DNA from: an uncultured Pirellulaceae bacterium
GTDB lineage: Bacteria; Planctomycetota; Planctomycetia; Pirellulales; Pirellulaceae
DNA: 64,000 nucleotides
NCBI GenBank assembly: GCA_964641465.1
Contig: CAZXLW010000005.1
Span: 49,081 to 113,080 of the forward strand
Direction of reading: 5' to 3'
A program made the position numbers and the translations under genes. The notes beneath the pieces are model-generated. The model ran no database searches and was not told the DNA's origin. It saw nothing but the letters and a program-made list of their open reading frames with translations. Numbering within the stretch: position 1 is the stretch's first letter; every line of letters starts with the position of its first letter. This document shows, one piece after another, positions 1-8,733 of the stretch.

Positions 1-110
1 GAGTCAGCTTCTTTCGGAACACCGGCAATCCAAAGCGTTATCAATTCACTGGTCGCGATGCCTGACTCAGTCAGGTTTTGCAGGAATTGTTCTCTGGTTG
101 CGATCGTCAT
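1..110 (-). CDS. N-terminal fragment of an unidentified protein (gene runs off the left edge)
   Basis: Not in the ORF track because it is too short. A minus-strand ATG at 110..108 opens a stop-free frame to base 1: MTIATREQFLQNLTESGIATSELITLWIAGVPKEAD... It lies 55 nt downstream of the glycosyltransferase stop on the same strand. The family cannot be assigned from 36 residues. Confidence 0.3.
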   Translation of the reverse strand, partial: MTIATREQFLQNLTESGIATSELITLWIAGVPKEAD

Positions 111-164
111 GGTTTCGACAGGAAAGAACGAACAGACTAAGGAGATCCTCAACCTTCCATTGTC

Positions 165-1328
165 TCAACCAGCGTCCGGCTCGGCAACTATTTGGTCGAT
201 CGTGTCACGGTACAGGTGCGACAGTTTGCTCATACAATCGTTAATATCGAAACGTTGCGTAGCAATTTTGCGGCAGTCCCGGGCCAGTTTGGCCCGCAGC
301 GGCTCCGATACCAGCAGTTTGGTAGCGGTTTCCGCCATACTTTCTGGTGAGTCGACAGTACATACGACCTGGTAGTCCTCAAGCCCAACCGCGATTTCCG
401 CTGTGCCGCCGACATCGGTTGCCACAAAAGGACAGCCAACGGAAAGAGCTTCCAACAGTACCCGTCCTAAAGGTTCCTGACGTGCGCCGTGCAACAGCAA
501 AGTTGATTCGTTGAGTATGTCAGCGACGTCGGTTCGTCGATCCAGCCAAAACAAATTGGAATTGGATTCAATGCCCAACCGATGGCATCTTTGTTCGAAC
601 TCAACCGCTTCATCCTTTTTCGAATTGCGAGTGCCGACCATGACCAAGGCAAGGTCTTCAAACTGTTTTTCCAATTCGAGAAACGCCCGGATGACATCAT
701 CCGTTCCCTTCCGCATGCCGATCTGTCCGATGCAACAAATCAGCCGTGTCGTCGCAGGCAGCGAAAGTTCCTTATGCAGATACCCCGTTGGTGGCCGTGG
801 GGAAAATGTCTCAAGGTCCACACCGTTGAAGATCACTTGCAGTTTATCTGTCTGGATGCCGTGCTGTTGATGAAAGTCAGCGGTTGCCTGCGAGACAGCA
901 ACGAGCTTTGCAAGTTGATTGATGTCGGAGATTGCCTGCCGGCTAAGCTTGATGATGTCTCGTAAGTAACCGATCGCCGGTAGACCAAGCTGGTTGCTGA
1001 TCGGCCCAACCAGGCGGGATGTCGAAAGACTGTTGCAATGGATCAGGTCCGGCTTCACACGTCCGATCAGTTGTCCAATTCCCTCGCGAATTTCTGCTTG
1101 CGATCTGCGAACTCCGTCAGCGCCGATCAAATTCCAGGTCACATGTTCGATCCGCATCGCATCCAGATACTCCGCGAGCTCTGTTTGATCCGGGCACGCA
1201 ACAACAAAACGAAACGGTTCATTACGCATCGCCTGGACAACGGCCAGCAGTGAGTTCTCACCACCGTTCCGTAGTCCGTACTCGGCGAAAACGAGAATCG
1301 TACTCAGCTGCGGTCTGTCGCTGCTCAT
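165..1328 (-). CDS. GT-B fold glycosyltransferase (group 1 / family 4 type)
   Basis: 387-aa ORF. The C-terminal half 'LLLHGARQEPLGRVLLEALSVGCPFVATDVGGTAEI' matches the E-x7-E region typical of GT4 enzymes. The start overlaps the dinB stop by 4 nt (ATGA at 1328..1325). Confidence 0.85.
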   Translation of the reverse strand: MSSDRPQLSTILVFAEYGLRNGGENSLLAVVQAMRNEPFRFVVACPDQTELAEYLDAMRIEHVTWNLIGADGVRRSQAEIREGIGQLIGRVKPDLIHCNSLSTSRLVGPISNQLGLPAIGYLRDIIKLSRQAISDINQLAKLVAVSQATADFHQQHGIQTDKLQVIFNGVDLETFSPRPPTGYLHKELSLPATTRLICCIGQIGMRKGTDDVIRAFLELEKQFEDLALVMVGTRNSKKDEAVEFEQRCHRLGIESNSNLFWLDRRTDVADILNESTLLLHGARQEPLGRVLLEALSVGCPFVATDVGGTAEIAVGLEDYQVVCTVDSPESMAETATKLLVSEPLRAKLARDCRKIATQRFDINDCMSKLSHLYRDTIDQIVAEPDAG

Positions 1329-2560
1329 TCGTTCAGGTCGGGCCTTCGATCGTGACGAATACCGTGTCTTACACTGGACGCGCGGCGAATAGCAGTTGAG
1401 CCGAACTTGTCTCGAATCGCATCATTCGTTTCATCGACCTGTTTTTGTTTACGCTGTTCTTCGACGTCAAACAAATCCAGCTGCACTTTTTCACTCGGTC
1501 GGCTCAAATTGCTCACGCCCATACCCAGCAGCCGAATACCGCTCGACAACGAAGTCTCCCCGTTGGGCGATAAGGACTTCAACAGCAAGTCGCACGCGCA
1601 ATCAGCGAGAGTTTGCGTGGTACTTGTCGGTTTGGGCAACGTGAACGCTCTGGTGATCGTGCGAAAGTCACCGAACCGGATCTTTACGTTTACCGTTTTG
1701 CCTTCGATGTTATATCGCCGCATCCGACGAGCGACCTGATCAGCAAGTTCGAGGACCCAGGCGCGGAGGATTTCGATCTCGACAATGTCACGATGGAATG
1801 TGGTTTCATGTGAGACTGATTTTGCGTGCCGGTCTGGAACGACGGGCCGAGAATCAATCCCGCGGGCCAGTCGCCAGAAATGTTCGCTGTTGATCCCAAA
1901 CATCGACCGCATATCGTTGGCAGTCAGCCTGCGCAAATCGCCAACAGTTCGGATGCCCAGTTTCGTAAACTTCGATTCGGTGACTTTGCCAATTCCCCAG
2001 ATTCGCCGAATCGATAACGGATCGAGGAACTCCGACACGTTTTCCGGATCGACGACTGTCAGTCCATCGGGCTTGTCTAAATCGCTGGCGACTTTGGCCA
2101 GGAACTTATTCGGTGCCACCCCGGCAGACGCAATGAGCCCCACATCCGATTGAACTCGCTGTTTGATTTGTTTGGCGATGGAAGTCGCATCGCCAAACAG
2201 TCGGACGCAGCCGCTAACATCCAGGAACGCTTCGTCGAGCGAAAGCGGTTCGACAAGCGAAGTGAAGTCAAAGAATATATTACGAATCTGTTTCGAGATA
2301 TCTGCGTAGTACTGCATCCTCGGCTTGATGAATATTAAATCCGGGCACAATCGTAGAGCCTGCGAAGACGCCATCGCGCTGTGAACGCCGAACTTGCGAG
2401 CTTCGTAGCTCGCCGCCGAGATAACTCCTCGACCTTTGGGAGAACCACCGACGACGACTGGCTTACCTTGAAGCTGTGGCTGATCCCGCAATTCAACTGA
2501 CGCATAGAACGCGTCCATATCAATATGCAGAATCATCGTTGTTGCCTCGGTCGTCGACAC
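1325..2560 (-). CDS. dinB: DNA polymerase IV (Y-family translesion polymerase)
   Basis: 411-aa ORF with hallmark motifs 'ILHIDMDAFYASVELRD', 'SLDEAFLDVSG' and 'GVAPNKFLAKVASDLDKPDG'. The length is typical of DinB. Confidence 0.95.
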   Translation of the reverse strand: MSTTEATTMILHIDMDAFYASVELRDQPQLQGKPVVVGGSPKGRGVISAASYEARKFGVHSAMASSQALRLCPDLIFIKPRMQYYADISKQIRNIFFDFTSLVEPLSLDEAFLDVSGCVRLFGDATSIAKQIKQRVQSDVGLIASAGVAPNKFLAKVASDLDKPDGLTVVDPENVSEFLDPLSIRRIWGIGKVTESKFTKLGIRTVGDLRRLTANDMRSMFGINSEHFWRLARGIDSRPVVPDRHAKSVSHETTFHRDIVEIEILRAWVLELADQVARRMRRYNIEGKTVNVKIRFGDFRTITRAFTLPKPTSTTQTLADCACDLLLKSLSPNGETSLSSGIRLLGMGVSNLSRPSEKVQLDLFDVEEQRKQKQVDETNDAIRDKFGSTAIRRASSVRHGIRHDRRPDLNE

Positions 2561-2668
2561 CCACCCTCCCAGGGAAGGCGAGTTTTGGCGGAACAGTCAT
2601 AGTGTTGGATGGACTAGATTCTAGGCGACGGACGACACATCTGGTCGCGCGAAACAAACGAGAATACA

Positions 2669-5170
2669 TCATTTCCCAAATAGCGAGGCTGTCAGTTTCT
2701 TCCATTTGGACTTTCGCCACGCTGTACTGGTGATCGAAAGATAGCTCTCAAGTTTCTCAGCCTCGTCTCTTTGCTCGTTCTGAACCAGGAGTTGGATTAC
2801 ATTGTATTTTGCTTCAAGCCAATGTTCGCCGTCTTTCTTCACACGCGAGGCAATACGACGCCATTGCTGGAGTGCGGCCTCGCCGGGTTTTGCTTGCGAT
2901 GACAATGCTCGCGCATATGCCAATTGAATTCGAGAAGATTTCGGATGCTGCCGGGCAAGTTTTTCCAACGTACCGGTCCCAGCAGCAGGTTCGCCAGCGG
3001 ACGCACCGGCGATCGCTGATTCAATCTCCCAGAACTCACGATCGCTGAGCTCCGGGTCCTGTTTTGCCTTGTTGCATATTTTCAGGATCGGTTTGGCGAA
3101 CGAGCCAACTCGGTCTGCCGGGATGGCCCGTTTTATCTTATCCAGACAACTGGCCAACAATCGCGCATTCGACGGCAACTCATTGATCGCCGATTCAACC
3201 TGCACAAAGTTTTCGTCGGGCCGCAATGATTTATCTGCCTGTTGAAACAACGCGACCAATCGTTGCACCATCAAGGATTCACGAAGCTCCGCAGGTTTCA
3301 ACTTCCTGTCCAACACCGACTCGACCAGTTCCACGGCTTGAGACGGCGCGAGTACGTTGTGTTGCAAGCCAATATCAAGCAACGGAATCAACAACCGTGC
3401 CTTAGACTCGACAGTTGACGTCGAATTGCTTTCGGTTGATTCGATCCGGTTACGCATCCAGCCAACGAACTCCCGCGCAGCCGACTGGGATTCCCGACCG
3501 CTCAACGGACGGATCCACTGTTGTGCAGTCGGCCCAATTAGCAGTGCTGCTTTCGTTAGCAACGGGCTGCCTAACTCGATTTCGGAATAGGATTGAGTTG
3601 CCAGTCGCCAGTCGCCACGTTTCTGATAAACGTTGCCTAACCACAAGCGGGCCTGATTGGCCGACTCCTGTTCCGGCCAGTTAGCGATATGCGTTTGCAG
3701 GTTTTCAATGACGCGATCAGTTTCCTCAGGCGGCAGCTCCGAGTTCAGCTTGAGCAGATTCCAGCAGCCTCGCAAATGCAACTTTGCCGCCGAATCGAAT
3801 TTTGGAAACTTCTCGCCCATCGACAACAGGCACTCCGCCGCTTTCTCGTGCTGGCTGGCCAGTTCGTAACATTCAGAAAGTCGAGCGGTGGTTGCAATCG
3901 CTTGCTCGTTTTGTCCGGCATTTGTCGACAATTTGACAGCCTGCAAAAATGCCTTGGAAGCCGCATCGTAATTCTTGCGACGCAACGCCGTATCGCCTTG
4001 CCGCAACAGGAACTGCAATTCACCGGTACTCGACGATGTATTGCTTGACGTCTCGACCGATCCGACCAACACGATCTCGGCCCGTCGACCCCAGTACGGA
4101 CCATGCCGATTTTCAATTTCCGCAACCAGATCAGTCGCCCATTTCTGCCAGTCAGCTTTATCACTGGCAGCGGCTTTAGTCGACTTAGCCATCAACAATT
4201 GCAATTCGGCCAGCTGCAATCGAGGCGTCGGATACTTGATCACCCGCACAGCAGTCAGCAGCCCATCCCAGGCAGCCTCGTTATTAGATTGAATGGAAGC
4301 ATATATTTTTTCCGTTAGCAACTTGGTCGCCACTTCCGGGTTGGGTACATTCGCAGGAAGCTTGCGAAGCAACTCCAGCGCGGCGGCTTGTTGCCCGACC
4401 AATCGGAAAGCGGACGCCCGGGAGACCTGCGCATCCCACCACAATGGAATGTCCGGATTGGAATTGGACACAACCTGTTCCAGCTGCGAAAGCACTTGAT
4501 TGAGCGCATCAATCCGATTCAACCGATCGCTCAATTCGTACAGCTGCGCCCTGGCCAGGTTCACTTCAGCGGTTCGGTACTGAACATTGTTTTTCAAATT
4601 TCCCAGTTGCTCCGGTGACAACTCGCCAGCCTGCAGAGTACGTGTTCTGGCAATCGGTAACAGCCGGTCAATCTGTTTGTTGATTTCGCGAAACTGACTT
4701 GCTGCTTGTCGGAACTCGTTCAGGGCGAGAGTTCTTTGCTCCGGGCCTGCGATTTCGGCAGCCAGTTCCTGTTGCACCAGACTGCCGTATTGCAAATGGG
4801 CCAACGCAACCTGAACATCCACCAACGGTTGGCGAGGGTGGTTTGGATCTCTGGCTGCAAAATCCGCCGCAACTCGTTCGGCTTGTTCGAAAGCCAAAGC
4901 CCGTTGCTCGCCCAGCGAATGGGTCCCTTGAGTTACTTTCGATCGAACCAGCGCCAGGACGATCGACGAACTACCGATCCGATCCATTGCCTCCGAGCTC
5001 AACTGTTCCTCGGCAAAGGGCGTAACCAGATCAAACAGGCGTCGTTGGGTGAGGCCCTCGATGACTTGCACTGCATCGGCAACCGATTGCGGCTCTTCGT
5101 ACTGCTGAGCAATTGCCGATTGAGCCATCAGCATGATTCCGGCGATCCAACAGAATACCCGATTCATCAC
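2669..5170 (-). CDS. Secreted helical-repeat (TPR-like) protein, last gene of ExbB-ExbD-ExbD module 1
   Basis: 833-aa ORF with signal-peptide-like N-terminus 'MMNRVFCWIAGIMLMAQSAIAQQ'. The composition is Ala/Leu/Gln/Glu-rich and helical-repeat-like throughout. The start overlaps the upstream exbD stop by 4 nt. Confidence 0.7.
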   Translation of the reverse strand: MMNRVFCWIAGIMLMAQSAIAQQYEEPQSVADAVQVIEGLTQRRLFDLVTPFAEEQLSSEAMDRIGSSSIVLALVRSKVTQGTHSLGEQRALAFEQAERVAADFAARDPNHPRQPLVDVQVALAHLQYGSLVQQELAAEIAGPEQRTLALNEFRQAASQFREINKQIDRLLPIARTRTLQAGELSPEQLGNLKNNVQYRTAEVNLARAQLYELSDRLNRIDALNQVLSQLEQVVSNSNPDIPLWWDAQVSRASAFRLVGQQAAALELLRKLPANVPNPEVATKLLTEKIYASIQSNNEAAWDGLLTAVRVIKYPTPRLQLAELQLLMAKSTKAAASDKADWQKWATDLVAEIENRHGPYWGRRAEIVLVGSVETSSNTSSSTGELQFLLRQGDTALRRKNYDAASKAFLQAVKLSTNAGQNEQAIATTARLSECYELASQHEKAAECLLSMGEKFPKFDSAAKLHLRGCWNLLKLNSELPPEETDRVIENLQTHIANWPEQESANQARLWLGNVYQKRGDWRLATQSYSEIELGSPLLTKAALLIGPTAQQWIRPLSGRESQSAAREFVGWMRNRIESTESNSTSTVESKARLLIPLLDIGLQHNVLAPSQAVELVESVLDRKLKPAELRESLMVQRLVALFQQADKSLRPDENFVQVESAINELPSNARLLASCLDKIKRAIPADRVGSFAKPILKICNKAKQDPELSDREFWEIESAIAGASAGEPAAGTGTLEKLARQHPKSSRIQLAYARALSSQAKPGEAALQQWRRIASRVKKDGEHWLEAKYNVIQLLVQNEQRDEAEKLESYLSITSTAWRKSKWKKLTASLFGK

Positions 5171-5631
5171 GTCGCATCGCCTTTGACCGCAAAAGAGACT
5201 TTCTCGAACCCCGACAGCTTTGAAAGATCAAACGCCTCGATCACGTAGCCGAGTGGAACCGTGCCTGCCGGATCCAGGATCACTGGCGCATCGGGCTTGA
5301 GTGCGGAAATCGCGGTCAGGTTTTCTTGCAATTGATCGACGCTTGCCAGGTCCTGTTCGTTGAGTTGCCAACTAGGCTCCGTTCCATTCCAACCAATCTT
5401 GATGACAACATTGTCAAAGTCGGCTTCGGGCGGAGGTTCGGTAAGCTCAGCCGGTTTGTCGCCCAGTTGCGAAGACATTTGGCTTGGCAGGATCTGTTCG
5501 ACAATCTGGAAACTGGCAGTCCACACGAAAAAGATTAACAGCAGAAACACGACGTCGATCATCGGAGTCATGGCCGAATCCATGTTCGTCGATTCCGCGC
5601 GTTGGTTCAACAATTGGCTCGGCCGCTTCAT
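5167..5631 (-). CDS. ExbD/TolR-family biopolymer transport protein
   Basis: 154 aa with a single N-terminal TM carrying the family signature 'MTPMIDVVFLLLIFFV', followed by a periplasmic domain. It overlaps both neighbours by 4 nt. Confidence 0.85.
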   Translation of the reverse strand: MKRPSQLLNQRAESTNMDSAMTPMIDVVFLLLIFFVWTASFQIVEQILPSQMSSQLGDKPAELTEPPPEADFDNVVIKIGWNGTEPSWQLNEQDLASVDQLQENLTAISALKPDAPVILDPAGTVPLGYVIEAFDLSKLSGFEKVSFAVKGDAT

Positions 5632-6053
5632 CGCACCTCATCCCGGTAGACCGCATAGGTGATCTTCCAAATCCCGGCTTTCGCGCAAGCCAACATGATC
5701 GGTTCGACGGACGCGTAGGGAGCGGTACGGCTTCCCCGAATGCGGACTTCGATATCCTCTTCGTCGGCATCGCTGGCCTCCGACAACAACGGTGTCAGCT
5801 CCGCCTGGGTTATTTCTTGTCCACGAACCCACAACGAACCATCCGGCTTAACGTTCACGGTGACACGCGGCGTTTCCTGTTGCACTTCGTTGGATCCGGA
5901 TTGGGCAACCGGCAGTTCGAGCTGCAACTGATTTTCCTGTTTCGCCAAGTGGCTGCTGACGAGAAAAAAGATGATCAACAGGAACACGACGTCGATCATC
6001 GGAGTCATATTGAAGCCGTAACGCCGCATCGGTTTGTATTGAGGTGCACGCAT
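5628..6053 (-). CDS. ExbD/TolR-family biopolymer transport protein
   Basis: 141 aa with 'NMTPMIDVVFLLIIFFLV' and a C-terminal 'VRIRGSRTAPYASVEPIMLACAKAG' periplasmic domain typical of ExbD. Confidence 0.85.
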   Translation of the reverse strand: MRAPQYKPMRRYGFNMTPMIDVVFLLIIFFLVSSHLAKQENQLQLELPVAQSGSNEVQQETPRVTVNVKPDGSLWVRGQEITQAELTPLLSEASDADEEDIEVRIRGSRTAPYASVEPIMLACAKAGIWKITYAVYRDEVR

Positions 6054-6062
6054 GATGCGGCT

Positions 6063-7025
6063 CTATGCCTTCTTTGATTTGCGGCGCAGCGGAGTGAACA
6101 CGTGTTGGGCGGTGTAGGCGGCTTCGGCAACGAACTGGTCGATCTGGTTTCGAAAGATTGCAAATGCACCGATCGAAGGAATCGCGACTATCAATCCGCC
6201 AACGGTCGTGACCAATGCCTGGTAAATTCCCTGAGCCAGTTGCGATGCGCCGGCCATGCCAGGCGGTAATTCCGCGACTTGTTGGAATGCAAAAATCATC
6301 CCGATCACGGTTCCCAACAGTCCCACCATCGGCGCGATGTTTCCGATGACGGATAAGTATTCGATTTTGCGGAACAGCCGTGCTGATTGTTCGGCCAACG
6401 CGTCTTCGAGTGATTTTTCGACACTGTTCCAGCCGAACTCCAACTCAGACATCCCGTGCAGCAACACGAACGACAACAAGCTTGGTTGCGCGTTGCATGC
6501 TTGTTTGGCCGCAGCGACGTCGCCCTTGATCAGCGATTGACGTACGTGGTCCGCAAGCCCTTCTGGCATCAGGTCTCGTTTGCGAATCGTCATCAAGTGG
6601 TCGAAGATCAAATACGCAGCGGTCAACGACAACGCCATCAGCACAAAGATCATGATCGCGCCGATAATGCCACCAGAGAATATGATCTCGAGAATCCCGG
6701 CCGGGGCCTTCGATTCGCCAGCGGCTTGATCCTGCGCGACCACGGGTGAGCAAAAGCTAAAGCCAACCATGGCAAACGCGATGAAACGCCAGGCAGTGTT
6801 TCCTGCAATTCCCGACACACTCCGAGCCTTCGGCTCAACACTCCCAGAGCTAGGGTGAGTTGCACAAACAGGCACAACCGTATTTTCGGCGGCCCGATCA
6901 CGATCGGAATCGCAAAACCTGTGGGCTAGCGCCCGACAGCTAAAACGCGTTGCGTCCAACGAACGCTCGTACGAAGTGAACCAACAGGCTCTCAAAAGTT
7001 CTAATACTCGTTTTGGCATTGCCAA
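6063..7025 (-). CDS. MotA/TolQ/ExbB-family proton channel
   Basis: The C-terminal 230 aa show the ExbB pattern: three TM helices plus 'LSVIGNIAPMVGLLGTVIGMIFAF' and 'GIYQALVTTVGGLIVAIP'. The first ~70 codons look non-coding-like (Arg/Cys-rich). An internal GTG at 6818 would give a signal-peptide-like start 'MSGIAGNTAWRFIAFAMVGFSFCSPVVAQ', similar to the second ExbB in the window. The start is therefore uncertain. Confidence 0.85.
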   Translation of the reverse strand: MAMPKRVLELLRACWFTSYERSLDATRFSCRALAHRFCDSDRDRAAENTVVPVCATHPSSGSVEPKARSVSGIAGNTAWRFIAFAMVGFSFCSPVVAQDQAAGESKAPAGILEIIFSGGIIGAIMIFVLMALSLTAAYLIFDHLMTIRKRDLMPEGLADHVRQSLIKGDVAAAKQACNAQPSLLSFVLLHGMSELEFGWNSVEKSLEDALAEQSARLFRKIEYLSVIGNIAPMVGLLGTVIGMIFAFQQVAELPPGMAGASQLAQGIYQALVTTVGGLIVAIPSIGAFAIFRNQIDQFVAEAAYTAQHVFTPLRRKSKKA

Positions 7026-7033
7026 TCCATTCT

Positions 7034-8071
7034 CTACAACTTGCCCCGGGCCAGCTCAGCGTATTGGCTGGTCGGATGATCGCGAATCAACTCGCGCCAG
7101 ATTGCTGCTGCTTTTCCGTTTGCCGGTCGCGCAGGCTGCGAATTCGTATCACCGTTGTTATCTTCCCTGATTGAGCCACAACGAAACAGGGCGAATGCGG
7201 CTAACGATTTCTTTTCTGGATGCAGAATAGGCACTTTAAGCAAACTTAACTGAGCCTTTTCTTTCATTCCGTTTCGCTGTTGGGCTTCGGCCAGCAACAG
7301 CAGTGGCCCCGCGCGAAGTTTCGAATCAATATTTTCAATCTGAATCTGCCAGCGTTCGATGTCTTGTGGTGCTGCCGACAATACCCGCGTCCGCCAAAGT
7401 TGTGCCGTTGCCAGTTGTGCGATTCTGGTATCGGTGTCGCTGGCCAGTTGCTCGAGAACCTCCACTGCCTGCCCCCGTTTTGTGCCGGACAGTTGCCAGC
7501 TGGCTCCCAACAATCGCAGCAGGCTGTTTTTGGCAGCCATCCATTTCGCCGTTTCGGATTCAGCGGGAGACTTCAGGCCGCTCGCAGACCACGGTAGCGG
7601 GATCAAATGGAAAAATCGCGTTTGTTTGTCAAGTTGATAGAGCTGAAGAAATTTTCGAGTCGTCTGCTGCGGCGATTCCACAGCATCCAAAGTCTGTATC
7701 AACTCGGACAGGACAATTTGCTTGACCCATTCGCGGGATTCAGCACTGAGCGCTGATTCGTAACTGGCGATTGCTTCACGATATTGATTCCTGGAAATCA
7801 GCTCACGAGCTTGTGTCAACTCGGACGGCCAGCGAGTCTGAACGTCGACCACTGAATCGATGTCGATAGTTCGCGTTCGGTCGTTGGCCAACAGTGAGAT
7901 CTTATTGCCGATCCAGTCGGTGATCTGTCCCTTGCGAACCTTGTTGCCGTTACCATCATTGCTGCGAACAACAACCGTGTCCTGGAATGCAACAACGAAG
8001 TTGGGAACGAGAAAACTGACCAGGATCAGGGCAAGTGTTGGACGATGTGCACGAAAGAAACTCGGCATCAA
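7034..8071 (-). CDS. Membrane-anchored TPR-like protein, first gene of ExbB-ExbD-ExbD module 1
   Basis: 345 aa with N-terminal TM/signal 'RPTLALILVSFLVPNFVVAF', a short beta-rich segment, then a helical-repeat region. It has the same architecture as, and by-eye similarity to, the 364-aa protein at 54512..55606. An 8-nt gap separates it from exbB. Confidence 0.65.
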   Translation of the reverse strand: MMPSFFRAHRPTLALILVSFLVPNFVVAFQDTVVVRSNDGNGNKVRKGQITDWIGNKISLLANDRTRTIDIDSVVDVQTRWPSELTQARELISRNQYREAIASYESALSAESREWVKQIVLSELIQTLDAVESPQQTTRKFLQLYQLDKQTRFFHLIPLPWSASGLKSPAESETAKWMAAKNSLLRLLGASWQLSGTKRGQAVEVLEQLASDTDTRIAQLATAQLWRTRVLSAAPQDIERWQIQIENIDSKLRAGPLLLLAEAQQRNGMKEKAQLSLLKVPILHPEKKSLAAFALFRCGSIREDNNGDTNSQPARPANGKAAAIWRELIRDHPTSQYAELARGKL

Positions 8072-8361
8072 GAATTATTCCTTTAATAAAATTGCAGATC
8101 AGCCATCACCGAACTGAAAATCCGCACCCATCTGCGGCAAGCCTTGCCACTGCCACAACAAAACACAATTTTAGAAGTGCACGTCGATTGCGTCAACGTA
8201 ATTGAGCTGATGACGGATTCCCGAGTTGGACCGGCTAGTGCCGTGCCGCTAACATTTTGCGTGAACCATGGCACCCACCTGTTTTGCCGAATAACTGGAC
8301 GAACCTATTGGCTTGTGGATTGTCAGAATATTGCTTGCTAACGTGCAGCGAACATCAAACA

Positions 8362-8724
8362 ATGAATCGGCTTACAAACAAAACCTCGCAACCATCGAAA
8401 CATTCGCCATTTATGTATTCTGAATTCTTTCTTGAAGCGCTTGAAGACAATACCAAACAATTGCCAGTACGGGCCGAAGCTCTGATCGTAAAGCATCATG
8501 AAGGGAAGGCAGTGGTTGGCTGCGGTGGGATTGATCTGGACGAATATGAGCAACTTGGATTTTGCAAAACAAATGCCAGCGATATTCCGCGGCCCTTGAA
8601 AGCTGTGTATTGGGGCGGGGAAGATGCTGATCTTCTTTTTGATGGACATCGCCAAGTGGTCTGGGATGTCGAGTGGCAGGACCATTCCCTGCAAGTGATT
8701 CATCTCGAATGGGAAACGGGATGA
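8362..8724 (+). CDS. Hypothetical protein, possibly the N-terminal half of the downstream AAA+ ATPase
   Basis: The ORF track frame is 8257..8724, and the first ATG is at 8362 (MNRLTNK...). It ends at a TGA (8722..8724) that is in the SAME reading frame as the AAA+ ORF starting 9 nt later. No recognisable motif. Confidence 0.45.
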   Translation: MNRLTNKTSQPSKHSPFMYSEFFLEALEDNTKQLPVRAEALIVKHHEGKAVVGCGGIDLDEYEQLGFCKTNASDIPRPLKAVYWGGEDADLLFDGHRQVVWDVEWQDHSLQVIHLEWETG

Positions 8725-8733
8725 GGTGGCGGA

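Noticed and set aside
8722-8724. The in-frame TGA considered as a selenocysteine codon.
   Set aside because: The local context (WETG-U-GGG) is not a redox-type Cys/Sec motif. The only downstream hairpin is a 5-bp stem (GCGAC/GTCGC), far weaker than bacterial SECIS elements. AAA+ ATPases are not known selenoproteins. It is kept as a split-gene or nonsense observation instead.
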